In this document: positions 10,041-20,123 of the stretch, piece after piece
Numbering within the stretch: position 1 is the stretch's first letter
Layout: every line of letters starts with the position of its first letter
Source: a virus
DNA length: 64,000 nt
Strand: one strand, 5' to 3'
IMG/VR virus record: IMGVR_UViG_3300007735_000801
Translations under genes and position numbers: made by a program
Notes under the pieces: generated by a model
The model's input: only the letters and a program-made list of their open reading frames with translations
Told to the model about the DNA's origin: nothing
Databases searched by the model: none

Positions 10041-10958
10041 ATGCAACCACAAAATAACAATGTCGCTCAACCGTCTAATGTATTGATTGATGCACGTACC
10101 TATACTCAAGATGCTTCTGGTAAGGGAGTAGTTCTGGGTACCGAAGATACAAGCTGGCTTAATGGTCGTGCTCAACAACTTCAAGGTGCTAATCGTCAAC
10201 CATTCAGTAGTGGTGTTGATGCGCCTCCTCCACAAGGAGCACAGGCTGCAATGAACGAACAACTTCAGAACCTTTTCTCTGGTGAAAACCTCTCCGAAGA
10301 TTTCATGGGCAAAGCTTCCGTTGTATTTGAAGCTGCACTCAATGAGCGTACCGAAGCTATTCGTCAGAGTGTTCTTTCTGAGAGTGCCGCTCTTGTTGAA
10401 CAAGAAGTTGGCAATGCAGTAAATGAACTGGCTACTCGTTTAGACGAGTATCTCAGTTACGCTGTTGATGAATGGATGAAGGAAAACAAGTTGGCTGTTG
10501 AAAGCGGTATTCGTACAGAAATTTCCGAAAGCTTTATCAATGGTCTCAAGTCTTTGTTTGAAACACACTACATTGAAGTTCCAGAAAGCAAGCAAGATAT
10601 TCTTGAAGACCTGTTCTCTGATAATCAAGAACTTGAAACAAGTCTTAATGAACAAATTCAAACCAATATGCGTATCAAGCAAGAATTAGAACAAACTGCT
10701 GCTCGTGGCATTTTCATGGAAGCAGTTTCCGATCTAACACAAGTTGATGCAGAGCGTCTCGCAAGTCTCGCAAACAGCATTGCATATAACAGTCCACAAG
10801 AATTCCACAACAAGCTTGTGGTTCTTAAAGAAAATTATCTCAAAGCAGCACCAGTTGCCGCAAGAGAACCAGAAACATTGACAGAACAACGAATCGCTCC
10901 ACGTGGAAACGATCCGATGGCTGCTTATGTAAACGTACTTGGTCGCTTAAGTCACTAA
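10041..10958 (+). CDS. gp22: Prohead core scaffold gp22
   Basis: LSEDFMGKASVVFEAA, YLSYAVDEWMKEN, LFETHYIEVPE. Confidence 0.93.
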   Translation: MQPQNNNVAQPSNVLIDARTYTQDASGKGVVLGTEDTSWLNGRAQQLQGANRQPFSSGVDAPPPQGAQAAMNEQLQNLFSGENLSEDFMGKASVVFEAALNERTEAIRQSVLSESAALVEQEVGNAVNELATRLDEYLSYAVDEWMKENKLAVESGIRTEISESFINGLKSLFETHYIEVPESKQDILEDLFSDNQELETSLNEQIQTNMRIKQELEQTAARGIFMEAVSDLTQVDAERLASLANSIAYNSPQEFHNKLVVLKENYLKAAPVAAREPETLTEQRIAPRGNDPMAAYVNVLGRLSH

Positions 10959-10996
10959 ATTAAATCTAACATTATACTCAAAAGGAGATAAACAAA

Positions 10997-12370
10997 ATGG
11001 ATTTCAGTCAAACATCACCATACGACACTTTACTAGAAAAGTGGGAACCACTCATCAATCACGAGTCAATTCCTTCGATTCAAGACTCTTACAAGCGTAA
11101 GGTCACTGCTGTTCTCTTGGAGAATCAAGAAAACGCATTGCGTCAACAATACATCACTGAAGTTTCAGCCAATAACATGGGTGGTAACTTCTCAAACGCT
11201 CAGGTCGGATCTGCAGGCGGTCTCGCAGGTTATGATCCAATCTTGATTAGCTTGGTTCGTCGTTCCATGCCAAACTTGATGGCTTACGACATTGCAGGCG
11301 TTCAGCCAATGAGTGCTCCAACAGGACTCATCTTTGCAATGCGCAGTAAGTACGATAGTCAAACTGGTAGGGAAGCTCTCTTCCAAGAATCGTTTGCTCA
11401 GTTCGGTGGTAGTGGTAACACTTCTACTGGTGCTGCAACAATGGCAAGCCAAGGCGTTATTCCTTACGGAGCAACCGCTGGTGCTGCTGGCAACGTTAGA
11501 GGTACTACTTTTGCAATAGGTAGTTTCCGTGGCATGTTAACCTCAGATGGTGAAGCTCTTGGTGGTGCAACTAAGACTTTCAACGAAATGGCGTTCAGCA
11601 TTGAACGTATTGCTGTTGAAGCTCGTACTCGTGCTCTCAAGGCTGAATACACCACTGAATTGGCTCAAGATTTGAAGGCTGTACACGGTTTGGATGCTGA
11701 GAGTGAACTTGCTAATATTCTTAGCAGCGAAATTCTCAACGAAATCAATCGTGAATTGATGTACACCCTCTATCGTGTAGCCAAGACTGGTGCTGCTCAA
11801 GTCGATTTGACTACTGCTGGTATTTACGATCTCAACACGGATTCAGATGGTCGCTGGAGCGCAGAACGCTTCCGTGGTCTCATGTTCCAAATTGAACGTG
11901 AAGCAAATCAGATCGCCAAGGAAACTCGTCGTGGTAAGGGCAACTTTGTTGTCTGCTCCTCAGACGTAGCTTCTGCTTTGGCGATGGGTGGTTTCCTCAA
12001 CGTAAGCCCTGCACTAAACGTGCAACTCGAAGTTGATGACACTGGCAATACTTTTGCTGGTATCCTCAATGGCAAGTTCAAGGTCTACATTGATCCATAT
12101 GCTGCAACTGGTATTAACTTCTGCATGGTTGGTTATCGTGGCGCAAGCCCATACGATGCTGGCGTGTTCTACTGCCCATACGTTCCTCTCCAAATGGTAA
12201 GAGCCGTTGATCAGAATACGTTCCAACCAAAGATTGGTTTCAAGACTCGTTACGGTATGGTAGCAAATCCTTTCTCGGAAAACACAAGCATTGATGCTGT
12301 TGGACAGAATCAATACTATCGTATCTTCCGTGTAGATAACCTCCATGGTAACACAGGTTACGGTTCATAA
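10997..12370 (+). CDS. gp23: Major capsid protein gp23
   Basis: LLENQE, GVQPMSAPTGLIFAMR, RALKAEYTTELAQDLKAVHGLDAE, YCPYVPL, GFKTRYG; probable propeptide cleavage at YITE/V. Confidence 0.99.
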   Translation: MDFSQTSPYDTLLEKWEPLINHESIPSIQDSYKRKVTAVLLENQENALRQQYITEVSANNMGGNFSNAQVGSAGGLAGYDPILISLVRRSMPNLMAYDIAGVQPMSAPTGLIFAMRSKYDSQTGREALFQESFAQFGGSGNTSTGAATMASQGVIPYGATAGAAGNVRGTTFAIGSFRGMLTSDGEALGGATKTFNEMAFSIERIAVEARTRALKAEYTTELAQDLKAVHGLDAESELANILSSEILNEINRELMYTLYRVAKTGAAQVDLTTAGIYDLNTDSDGRWSAERFRGLMFQIEREANQIAKETRRGKGNFVVCSSDVASALAMGGFLNVSPALNVQLEVDDTGNTFAGILNGKFKVYIDPYAATGINFCMVGYRGASPYDAGVFYCPYVPLQMVRAVDQNTFQPKIGFKTRYGMVANPFSENTSIDAVGQNQYYRIFRVDNLHGNTGYGS

Positions 12371-12399
12371 TCTGAACTTTAACTAACACTAACGATTAT

Positions 12400-12428
12400 G
12401 GGGAGGCTCTAATGAGCCTCCCCTTTTT
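12400..12428 (+). terminator. Rho-independent terminator after gp23
   Basis: GGGGAGGCTC-TAAT-GAGCCTCCCC-TTTTT, 10-bp stem plus U tract. Confidence 0.92.
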
Positions 12429-12432
12429 GTTA

Positions 12433-12440
12433 TATAAATA
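12433..12440 (+). promoter_or_regulatory. Late promoter TATAAATA, 4 nt before ATG
   Basis: TATAAATA-ctat-ATG(12445), no SD. Confidence 0.8.
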
Positions 12441-12444
12441 CTAT

Positions 12445-12945
12445 ATGGCAACAAACCCAGCAACACATAATGCACTCATAGTCAATTACTTTCAATTTGT
12501 TTTGACTAGAGTTCCTAACATGACATACTTTTGTCAGAGTGCAAATCTTCCAGGACTAGCATTTGGCTCAGCAGAACAGCCAACTATTTTAGGTCATCCA
12601 GTTAAAGTTCCTACAGGAGCATTTAGATTTGAAGATCTTGATTTAACTTTTCGTGTTGATGAGAATTTAACTAATTGGAGAGAGATTCATACTTGGATTA
12701 AAACTACTGGAAATTACGAATCTGATGAACATACTCTTCCGTATAACGAAAAAACCTCAGATGCTCGTTTGTTGATAACAAATAGTTCATATCGTCCAAA
12801 AATTGCTGTTCAATTTAAACACGTATTTCCTATTTCGTTGAGTGGTTTGAATTTCAATACTACGGCTATCGATTCTCTGGAAATGACTGCTAGTGTGAAA
12901 TTTGCATTCACTGGTTATGAAATTGAAACTTTGTCTAATCCCTAA
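12445..12945 (+). CDS. gp3: Tail tube terminator/completion protein gp3
   Basis: YFCQSANLPG, FRVDENLTNWREIHTW, FKHVFPISLSGL; start moved downstream of the terminator. Confidence 0.85.
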   Translation: MATNPATHNALIVNYFQFVLTRVPNMTYFCQSANLPGLAFGSAEQPTILGHPVKVPTGAFRFEDLDLTFRVDENLTNWREIHTWIKTTGNYESDEHTLPYNEKTSDARLLITNSSYRPKIAVQFKHVFPISLSGLNFNTTAIDSLEMTASVKFAFTGYEIETLSNP

Positions 12946-12962
12946 TTTTTAAGGAATATATT

Positions 12963-13397
12963 ATGAATATTAATGATGTGAAAGAAATGGTTAAATCTGA
13001 TTTGGGTATTGATCAAACTGCTCTAGACACAGAGTCTAGTAGAACACCTCAATTACATAACAAGTATTTGGTTTTATTTATGGATGAACGAATAAAACTA
13101 AAGAGACTAGAAAATGAATTATCTGTACTCAGAAGAAACAAGTGGTTGTATTACACAGGACGTATGAGCAAAGAAGAGCTTGTTCAGTTTAATTGGGAAC
13201 CGTTTGAATTAAATGTGTTAAAGACTGAGGCTAATGATCTCATAGACTCTGATGATGAGTATATCAGAATGTCTCAAAAGGCAGATTTTCAAAAAGAAAT
13301 TGTTAATTATTTGGAAGGTGTCGTTAAAATAGTCCAGAACCGTCAATGGCAGATACGAGCCATGATAGACTGGATCAAGTTTACTCAGGGGGCTTAA
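12963..13397 (+). CDS. uvsY: Recombination mediator UvsY
   Basis: PQLHNKYL, KWLYYTG, RQWQIRAMIDW. Confidence 0.9.
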   Translation: MNINDVKEMVKSDLGIDQTALDTESSRTPQLHNKYLVLFMDERIKLKRLENELSVLRRNKWLYYTGRMSKEELVQFNWEPFELNVLKTEANDLIDSDDEYIRMSQKADFQKEIVNYLEGVVKIVQNRQWQIRAMIDWIKFTQGA

Positions 13398-14905
13398 TGG
13401 CAGACCTGGATATTACACAACCAGATGCAGTTATGGTCAAGGTTGATTGTGATCGTTCTTTAGCGAAAGAACTGAATTCTTATTTTACTTTCACTATGCC
13501 TAATTTCAAGTATACCCCAGCCTATAAGAACAAGATTTGGGACGGTAAAATACGTCTTTTCAACCTGTTTACCCAGTCCATGTACGCTGGATTAGTGGAA
13601 CCTTTGATTAAGTTTGCCAAAGATCGAGGGTATTCCTACTCCTTTACTCCAAGAACGTACCAGAAGCCATCTAATGCCCTTATAAGCGATTTTATAGAGA
13701 ACTTGCCCATCCAGGCTAACGGCTCCACAATCAAACCCCACGATTACCAGGTTGAAGCCGTCCTACACAGCCTGGGGCATTCTAGAGCCCTTCTGGTGAG
13801 TCCTACAGGCAGCGGTAAGTCTCTAATCCTGTATCTTCTGTGTCGCTGGATTCTAGAAACCCATAATACAGGTAAATTGCTTATAATTGTTCCTACCACC
13901 AGCCTAGTCTCCCAGATGTTGGCAGATTTCCGAGAATACGCCAAATTAGACACTTGGAAGGCAGATCGTAACATTCACACCATTATGGCAGGCAAGGACA
14001 AGGACACAAATAAACGTATCATTATATCCACGTGGCAGAGCATCTATAAACAACCAGAAACTTGGTTCAACGACTTTGTCGGTGTGTTTGGAGACGAAGT
14101 GCATCTGTTTAGTGCTAAATCCCTGACTGGTATTATGACCAAAGCCAAGAACACAGATTATCGAATAGGTACCACTGGAACCCTAAGCGGAATGCAGATT
14201 CATCAGTTTGTTATTGAAGGCTTATTCGGACCTGTATATAACACTACAACTACTAAAAAATTAATTGATAAAGATCTATTGTCTAGTATCAATATTGACT
14301 GTTTAAAGCTTCAGTATACCGCAGAAGAAATTCAGAAAACAAAACGAATGGAATACCAGGACGAGATTCGTTTTGTGGTTACTCATAAAGGACGAAATAA
14401 ATTTATTAAAAATTTATGTAACAGTCTAACAGGTAACACCCTAGTTCTTTTTAATTTTGTGGAGCTTCAAGGAAAGCCATTATATGAGTTGATAGTAAAC
14501 GATTCCAATAAATCTATTTATTTTATTCACGGAGAAACTGATGTGGAAACTCGTGAAGAGATCCGAAAAATTGTAGATAAAGGAACAGATTCTGTTTTAA
14601 TTGCTTCTTACGGAACTTGTTCTACTGGAATTAATATACGAAATATTAATAATATTGTGTTTGCTTCTCCCTCTAAGTCTGTTATTCGTGTACTCCAGTC
14701 CATTGGACGAGGTTTACGTAAAACAGAAACAAAATCTAAAATGAAATTATTTGATATTGCAGACGACTTGTCCTACAAAACTTACGAGAACCATGGCATG
14801 AAACATTTGGAACAACGATTTAAAATATATACTAATGAAGGATTTCCTTTTAAGATTGTTCCTATTCAGTTGCCCAAGGAGACTAATGATGAGAACCCCC
14901 TATAA
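13397..14905 (+). CDS. uvsW: SF2 DNA helicase UvsW
   Basis: WDGKIRLF, SPTGSGKS, DEVH, QSIGRGLR; TAATG overlap with uvsY. Confidence 0.95.
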   Translation: MADLDITQPDAVMVKVDCDRSLAKELNSYFTFTMPNFKYTPAYKNKIWDGKIRLFNLFTQSMYAGLVEPLIKFAKDRGYSYSFTPRTYQKPSNALISDFIENLPIQANGSTIKPHDYQVEAVLHSLGHSRALLVSPTGSGKSLILYLLCRWILETHNTGKLLIIVPTTSLVSQMLADFREYAKLDTWKADRNIHTIMAGKDKDTNKRIIISTWQSIYKQPETWFNDFVGVFGDEVHLFSAKSLTGIMTKAKNTDYRIGTTGTLSGMQIHQFVIEGLFGPVYNTTTTKKLIDKDLLSSINIDCLKLQYTAEEIQKTKRMEYQDEIRFVVTHKGRNKFIKNLCNSLTGNTLVLFNFVELQGKPLYELIVNDSNKSIYFIHGETDVETREEIRKIVDKGTDSVLIASYGTCSTGINIRNINNIVFASPSKSVIRVLQSIGRGLRKTETKSKMKLFDIADDLSYKTYENHGMKHLEQRFKIYTNEGFPFKIVPIQLPKETNDENPL

Positions 14906-15644
14906 ATTAATTAAGATGATGTCTGGTGAAGAATTGATTGCTACCATTCGTAAAGGCAGAAATGGTAGACTTATACTTACGAGACCTATGGTCTTTGAAT
15001 CCACACTATCTGCTGACATGATGGGTAGAGTAAAGGAAATATTTACTCTAAGAAATTGGATTATTCTTTCTTCTGATACCACAGTAACTATTTCAGAAGC
15101 ATCTGTTGTTTCTGTTAGCACTCCTAGTAACGATATTGAGATCTTATATGATGCGGAAAAGAATAAAGAAGATCAACAAAAACTTAATCCTAAATCAACC
15201 AAGCCATCAGTTAATCCAAAACTTCCATCTTTAATGGATTTATTTGGGGATCTTCCAGAAATTTCCACAGATTATCCAACCTCTTTAACTTCACCTATTT
15301 CTAAGAAAGAAGAGGATGCTTTGTTTCATAAAATGGATAAAATTATGAAAGATATGGGAATGGATTTTAATTCAGAAAACCCAAAGAAAAACCTTGCAAA
15401 ACCTGATTTTGATGATACAATAGTGTATATGAATCTAGTGTTTTCCCCCAATGTTATTCTTAAACTTTTAAAGAGTGGAATGCTCAAGCGTTCCGATCTG
15501 GGTAAAATAATAAATGAATTAACCGATGGCAACGGTGAAGGTATGAGCGTTGATAAATTTACAAGTAAGAATAAGAAAAAAGAAGATTTTGGTAATAAGT
15601 GGACTGATTGGAATCCAGATCCAAAGTCTAATGATTATCAGTAA
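14886..15644 (+). CDS. Conserved T4-like hypothetical protein (Sm-like N-terminus)
   Basis: KLIKMMSGEELIA N-terminus; uvsW-gp55 slot. Confidence 0.55.
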   Translation: MMRTPYKLIKMMSGEELIATIRKGRNGRLILTRPMVFESTLSADMMGRVKEIFTLRNWIILSSDTTVTISEASVVSVSTPSNDIEILYDAEKNKEDQQKLNPKSTKPSVNPKLPSLMDLFGDLPEISTDYPTSLTSPISKKEEDALFHKMDKIMKDMGMDFNSENPKKNLAKPDFDDTIVYMNLVFSPNVILKLLKSGMLKRSDLGKIINELTDGNGEGMSVDKFTSKNKKKEDFGNKWTDWNPDPKSNDYQ

Positions 15645-15715
15645 TATCAATTATTGTTTGATTCTCTATTTTCTCATTCATACCAGACACACAAGTATAC
15701 ACGAAAATTTTAATT

Positions 15716-16303
15716 ATGTCAAGTGAAAAATCTAAAAAATCTAAAAATATTGTAGACCCCCCGATTGTAGCCCAAAAACGGCTCACCAAGGACAGCGACC
15801 ACTATGTGGATAACAAGAAGTTCCTTGCTGAGATGGTTATTTGGAAACGCCAAATACGAGAAGCAGAAGAAGTAGAAGATGACAAGCCGCCAGTATCTAC
15901 CTATATTGGCGAATGCTTTATGAAGATTGCGGAACGCCTTTCCTCCAAGCATAACTTTGCGAATTATCCGTATCGAGAAGAGATGGTGGGAGATGCTATT
16001 GAGAACTGTCTCATGTATGCACACAACTTTAATCCTAAGAAATCCAAGAATCCGTTCTCGTATTTCACTCAAATAATCTATTACGCCTTCCTCAGACGCA
16101 TAGAAAAAGAAAAAAAGCAAAATTATATCAAGTTTAAGTTGACTGAGCACCTAGATGATGGTACAATGCATAAGTGGTGTAAAACTAATTACTTTGAAAA
16201 GGATGATCCACGAGAAGCATTAAGTGAACATTTCTCTATTACAGAAAAGGATATAGAGAAGTATGAACCTAAGTTACGAAAAAAGCGCAAACATAAATCA
16301 TGA
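15716..16303 (+). CDS. gp55: Late-transcription sigma factor gp55
   Basis: HYVDNKKF, YIGECFMKIAERLS, NPFSYFTQIIYYAFLRRIEKEKKQ. Confidence 0.95.
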   Translation: MSSEKSKKSKNIVDPPIVAQKRLTKDSDHYVDNKKFLAEMVIWKRQIREAEEVEDDKPPVSTYIGECFMKIAERLSSKHNFANYPYREEMVGDAIENCLMYAHNFNPKKSKNPFSYFTQIIYYAFLRRIEKEKKQNYIKFKLTEHLDDGTMHKWCKTNYFEKDDPREALSEHFSITEKDIEKYEPKLRKKRKHKS

Positions 16304-17343
16304 AAATATGCATTATTGGTGACTCGCATTTCGGAGCAAGATCCGATTCGCCGTTATTTTTAAATTATTTCTTTAAGTTTTTTGATAATGAATTGTTTCC
16401 TTATCTAAAAGCAAACGATATCAATACAGTCATTCATTTAGGTGATCTGTTTGATCGTCGTAAGTTTGTAAATTTTCATACACTAAAGCATGTAAGAGAA
16501 CGATTCATGAATTGGTTTGAAACCAACAATGTGGATCTTCACTGTATTCTCGGAAACCATGATGTGTTCTACAAGAATACCAATCATCTAAATTCCCCAA
16601 AGGAATTGTTTGTTGATTGTTATTCAAAATTCCATCTGTATGAACAGACTACAGAACTAGTAGTAGCAGATGGTACCAAGTTCTTGATGGTTCCTTGGAT
16701 TAATGACGAGAATAAATCAGCCGTAATCAAGGCTATTGAAGCCAGCACAGCACCAGTAGTATGTGGTCATTTTGAACTGAATGGTTATGAAATGATATCT
16801 AGTATCAAATGCTCTAGTGGAATGGAAGATAAATTCCTACAAAAGTTTGAATTAGTTCTTTCTGGTCACTTCCACACAAAGAGTTCTAAAGGAAACATTC
16901 ATTATCTTGGAACTCAATACGAAATGACTACTGCTGACCTTCACCAAGATAAAGGCTTCCATGTGTACGATACAGAAACTCGTGAACTAACATTTATCAA
17001 GAATCCACATAAAATGTACTATAGTATTGAATGGACAGATAAACGAGATTTTAGTGACTTGGATCCTACGGTATACAAAAACACTTATGTTCGAGTACTA
17101 GTATTAAACAAAAAAAATGAAAGAAAATTTGACGAGTTCATAGATCTGTTGTATACTGGAGAGCCAGCAAGCATCACAATCATTGAAGACATAGTAACCA
17201 AGGACGACGAAAATAGTCCAGAGTTTGATATTGCTGAAGATACTTTGAGTCTGATTAATCGAGAAATTGAATTTTTAGAATCTGATAACACAGAACAATT
17301 AAAAGAAATTATGCGTCAAGTCTATATGGAAACTCTTTCATGA
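16300..17343 (+). CDS. gp47: Recombination nuclease gp47 (Mre11/SbcD-like)
   Basis: DSHFG, GDLFD, GNHD, GHFH metallophosphoesterase motifs. Confidence 0.95.
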   Translation: MKICIIGDSHFGARSDSPLFLNYFFKFFDNELFPYLKANDINTVIHLGDLFDRRKFVNFHTLKHVRERFMNWFETNNVDLHCILGNHDVFYKNTNHLNSPKELFVDCYSKFHLYEQTTELVVADGTKFLMVPWINDENKSAVIKAIEASTAPVVCGHFELNGYEMISSIKCSSGMEDKFLQKFELVLSGHFHTKSSKGNIHYLGTQYEMTTADLHQDKGFHVYDTETRELTFIKNPHKMYYSIEWTDKRDFSDLDPTVYKNTYVRVLVLNKKNERKFDEFIDLLYTGEPASITIIEDIVTKDDENSPEFDIAEDTLSLINREIEFLESDNTEQLKEIMRQVYMETLS

Positions 17344-19055
17344 TCGTATTCAAGACTGTTCGATTTAAAAATTTTGGTTCATTTGGAAACAGCTTTACCG
17401 AAGTTAAGTTAGGAGAGAAATCCACCACTCTAGTATGTGGTAGTAATGGTAACGGCAAATCCTTTGCTTTATTGGATTCTATTGCCTTTGCATTATATGG
17501 AAGACCATTTCGTAACATCAATATCCCGCAACTAGTTAATTCCGTAAACAAAAAGAATTGCGTGGTAGAGATCAATTTCAGTATTGGAAAGAATGAATTT
17601 AAGGTAGTTCGTGGTCTAGCCCCAAAATTATTTGAAATCTATAAAGACGGTAATCTACTAAATCAAGATGCAAAGATTAAAGATTATCAGGAAGTATTAG
17701 AATCTCAGATATTAGGAATGAACTTTAAGACGTTCTCTCAGGTTGTTGTATTAGGAAGTTCATCGTTTGTTCCGTTCATGCAATTAACTCCTACTGATCG
17801 CCGTCAGGTTATAGAGAACATATTAGATATTAGCATATTCTCTCAAATGAATGTTGTAGTTAAAGATAAGGTTAATGGGGTTAAGTCTGAACTAGACGCA
17901 ACCAATACTCAAATAGAAGTAACTAAAGCACAAATTGCAGACACCAAAGAAACTATTCAGTCTCTAGTAAAGAACACACAACAGATTATAGAAGAACGTA
18001 AAGCAGCACAGGCGCAACTAAAAGCCGAAATGGTTGTCATACAGACTGATATAGATGAGTTGTCAGAGCCATTAAAGATTTCTGGTACCTCAATACAGAA
18101 CGAATTAAAGGAAGTTCAAAAGAAACGAACAGATGCTCAAAAGATTCTTGGCAAAATTGAACAGGCTAAAGAGAGTATTAACGAAGATATTGAATTCTTT
18201 AATAATAATGAAACCTGCTCTTTATGTAAACAGGGAATTGCCCATGACCACAAAGATGCCCTACTAACACAAAGAAAAACAAAGTTGGATGAGTACCAGC
18301 AAGGTACTCAGGATATAAACACACAAATTGCAAAGACCGAGAAACAAATAGAAGAGATTCAGGGTCGATTAAACGAACACCAAACTAATGTTATTCGTTT
18401 GGCTAATAAACGAGAAACCTTAAAGAGTCTTAATACTAGTCACGCAAATCTTGAATTGAACAATGCCAAGACATACTCCCAAGAAGAGATTGCCAAGTTT
18501 GAGAGTAAACTCGTAGAATTAGAAAATAAAGAAGTTGATCTGATTGATAAAAAGTATAAAGTCCTAAAGACTCTGAAATGCTACGATCAACTTATAAATT
18601 TATTTAAAGATAGTGGCATTAAATCAAAAATTATTAAGTATTATATCCCTTTAATCAACAAACATGTAAACAAGTACTTGACAAGCATGGATTTCTATGC
18701 TATATTTAATCTGGACGAAGAGTTCAAAGAAATCATCAAGAGTCGCCACCGAGACATATTCACATATGAATCATTTAGTGAAGGCGAAAAAATGCGTATA
18801 GATTTGGCACTGCTTCTTACTTGGCGAGAAATTGCTCGATTAAAGAATAGTGTTTCCACCAACCTTCTGATTCTAGATGAAGTTTTTGATTCTAGTTTAG
18901 ACGGTACTGGAACTGATGAGTTTATGAAATTGATATCTTCGTTTGGATCTAAGGTTAATGTATTTGTCATCAGTCATAAAACTGATCAATTACTAGATAG
19001 ATTTGGTTCAATAATTCAATTCGAAAAGAAACGAAACTTTAGCAGATTAGTATGA
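17340..19055 (+). CDS. gp46: Recombination ATPase gp46 (Rad50/SbcC-like)
   Basis: GSNGNGKS, CSLC zinc hook, FSEGEK, LDEVFD. Confidence 0.96.
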   Translation: MIVFKTVRFKNFGSFGNSFTEVKLGEKSTTLVCGSNGNGKSFALLDSIAFALYGRPFRNINIPQLVNSVNKKNCVVEINFSIGKNEFKVVRGLAPKLFEIYKDGNLLNQDAKIKDYQEVLESQILGMNFKTFSQVVVLGSSSFVPFMQLTPTDRRQVIENILDISIFSQMNVVVKDKVNGVKSELDATNTQIEVTKAQIADTKETIQSLVKNTQQIIEERKAAQAQLKAEMVVIQTDIDELSEPLKISGTSIQNELKEVQKKRTDAQKILGKIEQAKESINEDIEFFNNNETCSLCKQGIAHDHKDALLTQRKTKLDEYQQGTQDINTQIAKTEKQIEEIQGRLNEHQTNVIRLANKRETLKSLNTSHANLELNNAKTYSQEEIAKFESKLVELENKEVDLIDKKYKVLKTLKCYDQLINLFKDSGIKSKIIKYYIPLINKHVNKYLTSMDFYAIFNLDEEFKEIIKSRHRDIFTYESFSEGEKMRIDLALLLTWREIARLKNSVSTNLLILDEVFDSSLDGTGTDEFMKLISSFGSKVNVFVISHKTDQLLDRFGSIIQFEKKRNFSRLV

Positions 19056-19780
19056 AACGAAAACAAACAAAACACAAACGTATCAAGCGTGGCGATTCTG
19101 TAGACTCTCTACTGATCAAGAATGAACCTTCTTGGGAGGATGTGGCTACTCTAACTCCAGAGCAAATTGATGCCAGAATTCTCAAGGCAACCAGTTGGTA
19201 TAGTTACAGTTGCAAAAATGAGGTGTATAAGCCTTGGGTGATTGATTGGATGCAAAGAAACAAATACTCCAAATCAGATGTTCGTGACGCAATCAAGGTA
19301 TCAGATACACACCCATCCATAATGAGTATAGGTAAATACTGCAGAATCATGAATCTTGGCGGAAAGTTTGTTGATAAAGTTCTAGACAATATTAAATCAG
19401 AAATACAACATATTATCAAACTTGGTCAAGTAGTTAAACCAAAGGTAGTAAAAGAACAAGTCTCAATCCAAGAGCATATCCGAAAGAAAACCGAAGGATA
19501 TCTGTGCACAATGAACGAAAGAATTGATGAATTATATCTTGCAGTATGTGAAGACGAAGCTACTAAATTTGACCACGAAGGCTGGTTGGAAGTTGAAGAC
19601 ATAAATCATATTCATTGGAAAAAGATGTCTAAGATACTTGATCCGTTCATTAATGAATTGAAACTAGCATATTCTGGAAAAGATCAAGAGTTAAAAGAAG
19701 CCTATGAATACCTTGGTAAGAAAAAGATTAAAGTTATGATAAATACCCTAGAGGATTTTAAAGAAATATTAAATGGCTAA
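19052..19780 (+). CDS. Conserved hypothetical protein
   Basis: 242-aa ORF coupled to gp46; WYSY and ELKEAY motifs. Confidence 0.6.
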   Translation: MKRKQTKHKRIKRGDSVDSLLIKNEPSWEDVATLTPEQIDARILKATSWYSYSCKNEVYKPWVIDWMQRNKYSKSDVRDAIKVSDTHPSIMSIGKYCRIMNLGGKFVDKVLDNIKSEIQHIIKLGQVVKPKVVKEQVSIQEHIRKKTEGYLCTMNERIDELYLAVCEDEATKFDHEGWLEVEDINHIHWKKMSKILDPFINELKLAYSGKDQELKEAYEYLGKKKIKVMINTLEDFKEILNG

Positions 19781-20093
19781 TTTCAAAGGAATATTTCGAG
19801 TTAGTGGTGCAGACGGTCAATGCATTCAATATGCACAAGGGGACATTGTATATAAAAAGGGAGAAGCGTACATTGCTGAACGTACTCCAGATCTTTGCAC
19901 ATCCCCAGAGCATAAGTTATCAGGATGGCAACCCCTAGCATCAGAACGAGCAGGAACCACAGTAACATTCTTTAGTTCTGTTACTCCACCAAGTCGAGTT
20001 TCTCAAGGAGACGAATGGTGGGATCCTAGCACCGCCAAATTGTACAAATATATAATTGATACAAATAGTGAACAATGGGTACAAATTTATTGA
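19773..20093 (+). CDS. Small virion-associated protein (CBM5/12-like N-part plus GDxWW fibre module)
   Basis: YAQGDIVYKKGEAYIA...P...W and PPSRVSQGDEWWDPSTAKLY; GATAAATA box at 19738. Confidence 0.5.
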   Translation: MANFKGIFRVSGADGQCIQYAQGDIVYKKGEAYIAERTPDLCTSPEHKLSGWQPLASERAGTTVTFFSSVTPPSRVSQGDEWWDPSTAKLYKYIIDTNSEQWVQIY

Positions 20094-20117
20094 CTTTTGT
20101 TTTTTACGTGATATAAT
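20090..20117 (+). promoter_or_regulatory. Host sigma70-type promoter TTGACT-N16-TATAAT (extended -10 TG)
   Basis: Near-consensus; rnh ATG lies 6 nt after the -10 box. Confidence 0.7.
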
Positions 20118-20123
20118 TACATT

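Noticed and set aside
12412-12444. Upstream start of gp3 given in the ORF track
   Set aside because: That ATG lies inside the gp23 terminator hairpin, upstream of the late promoter
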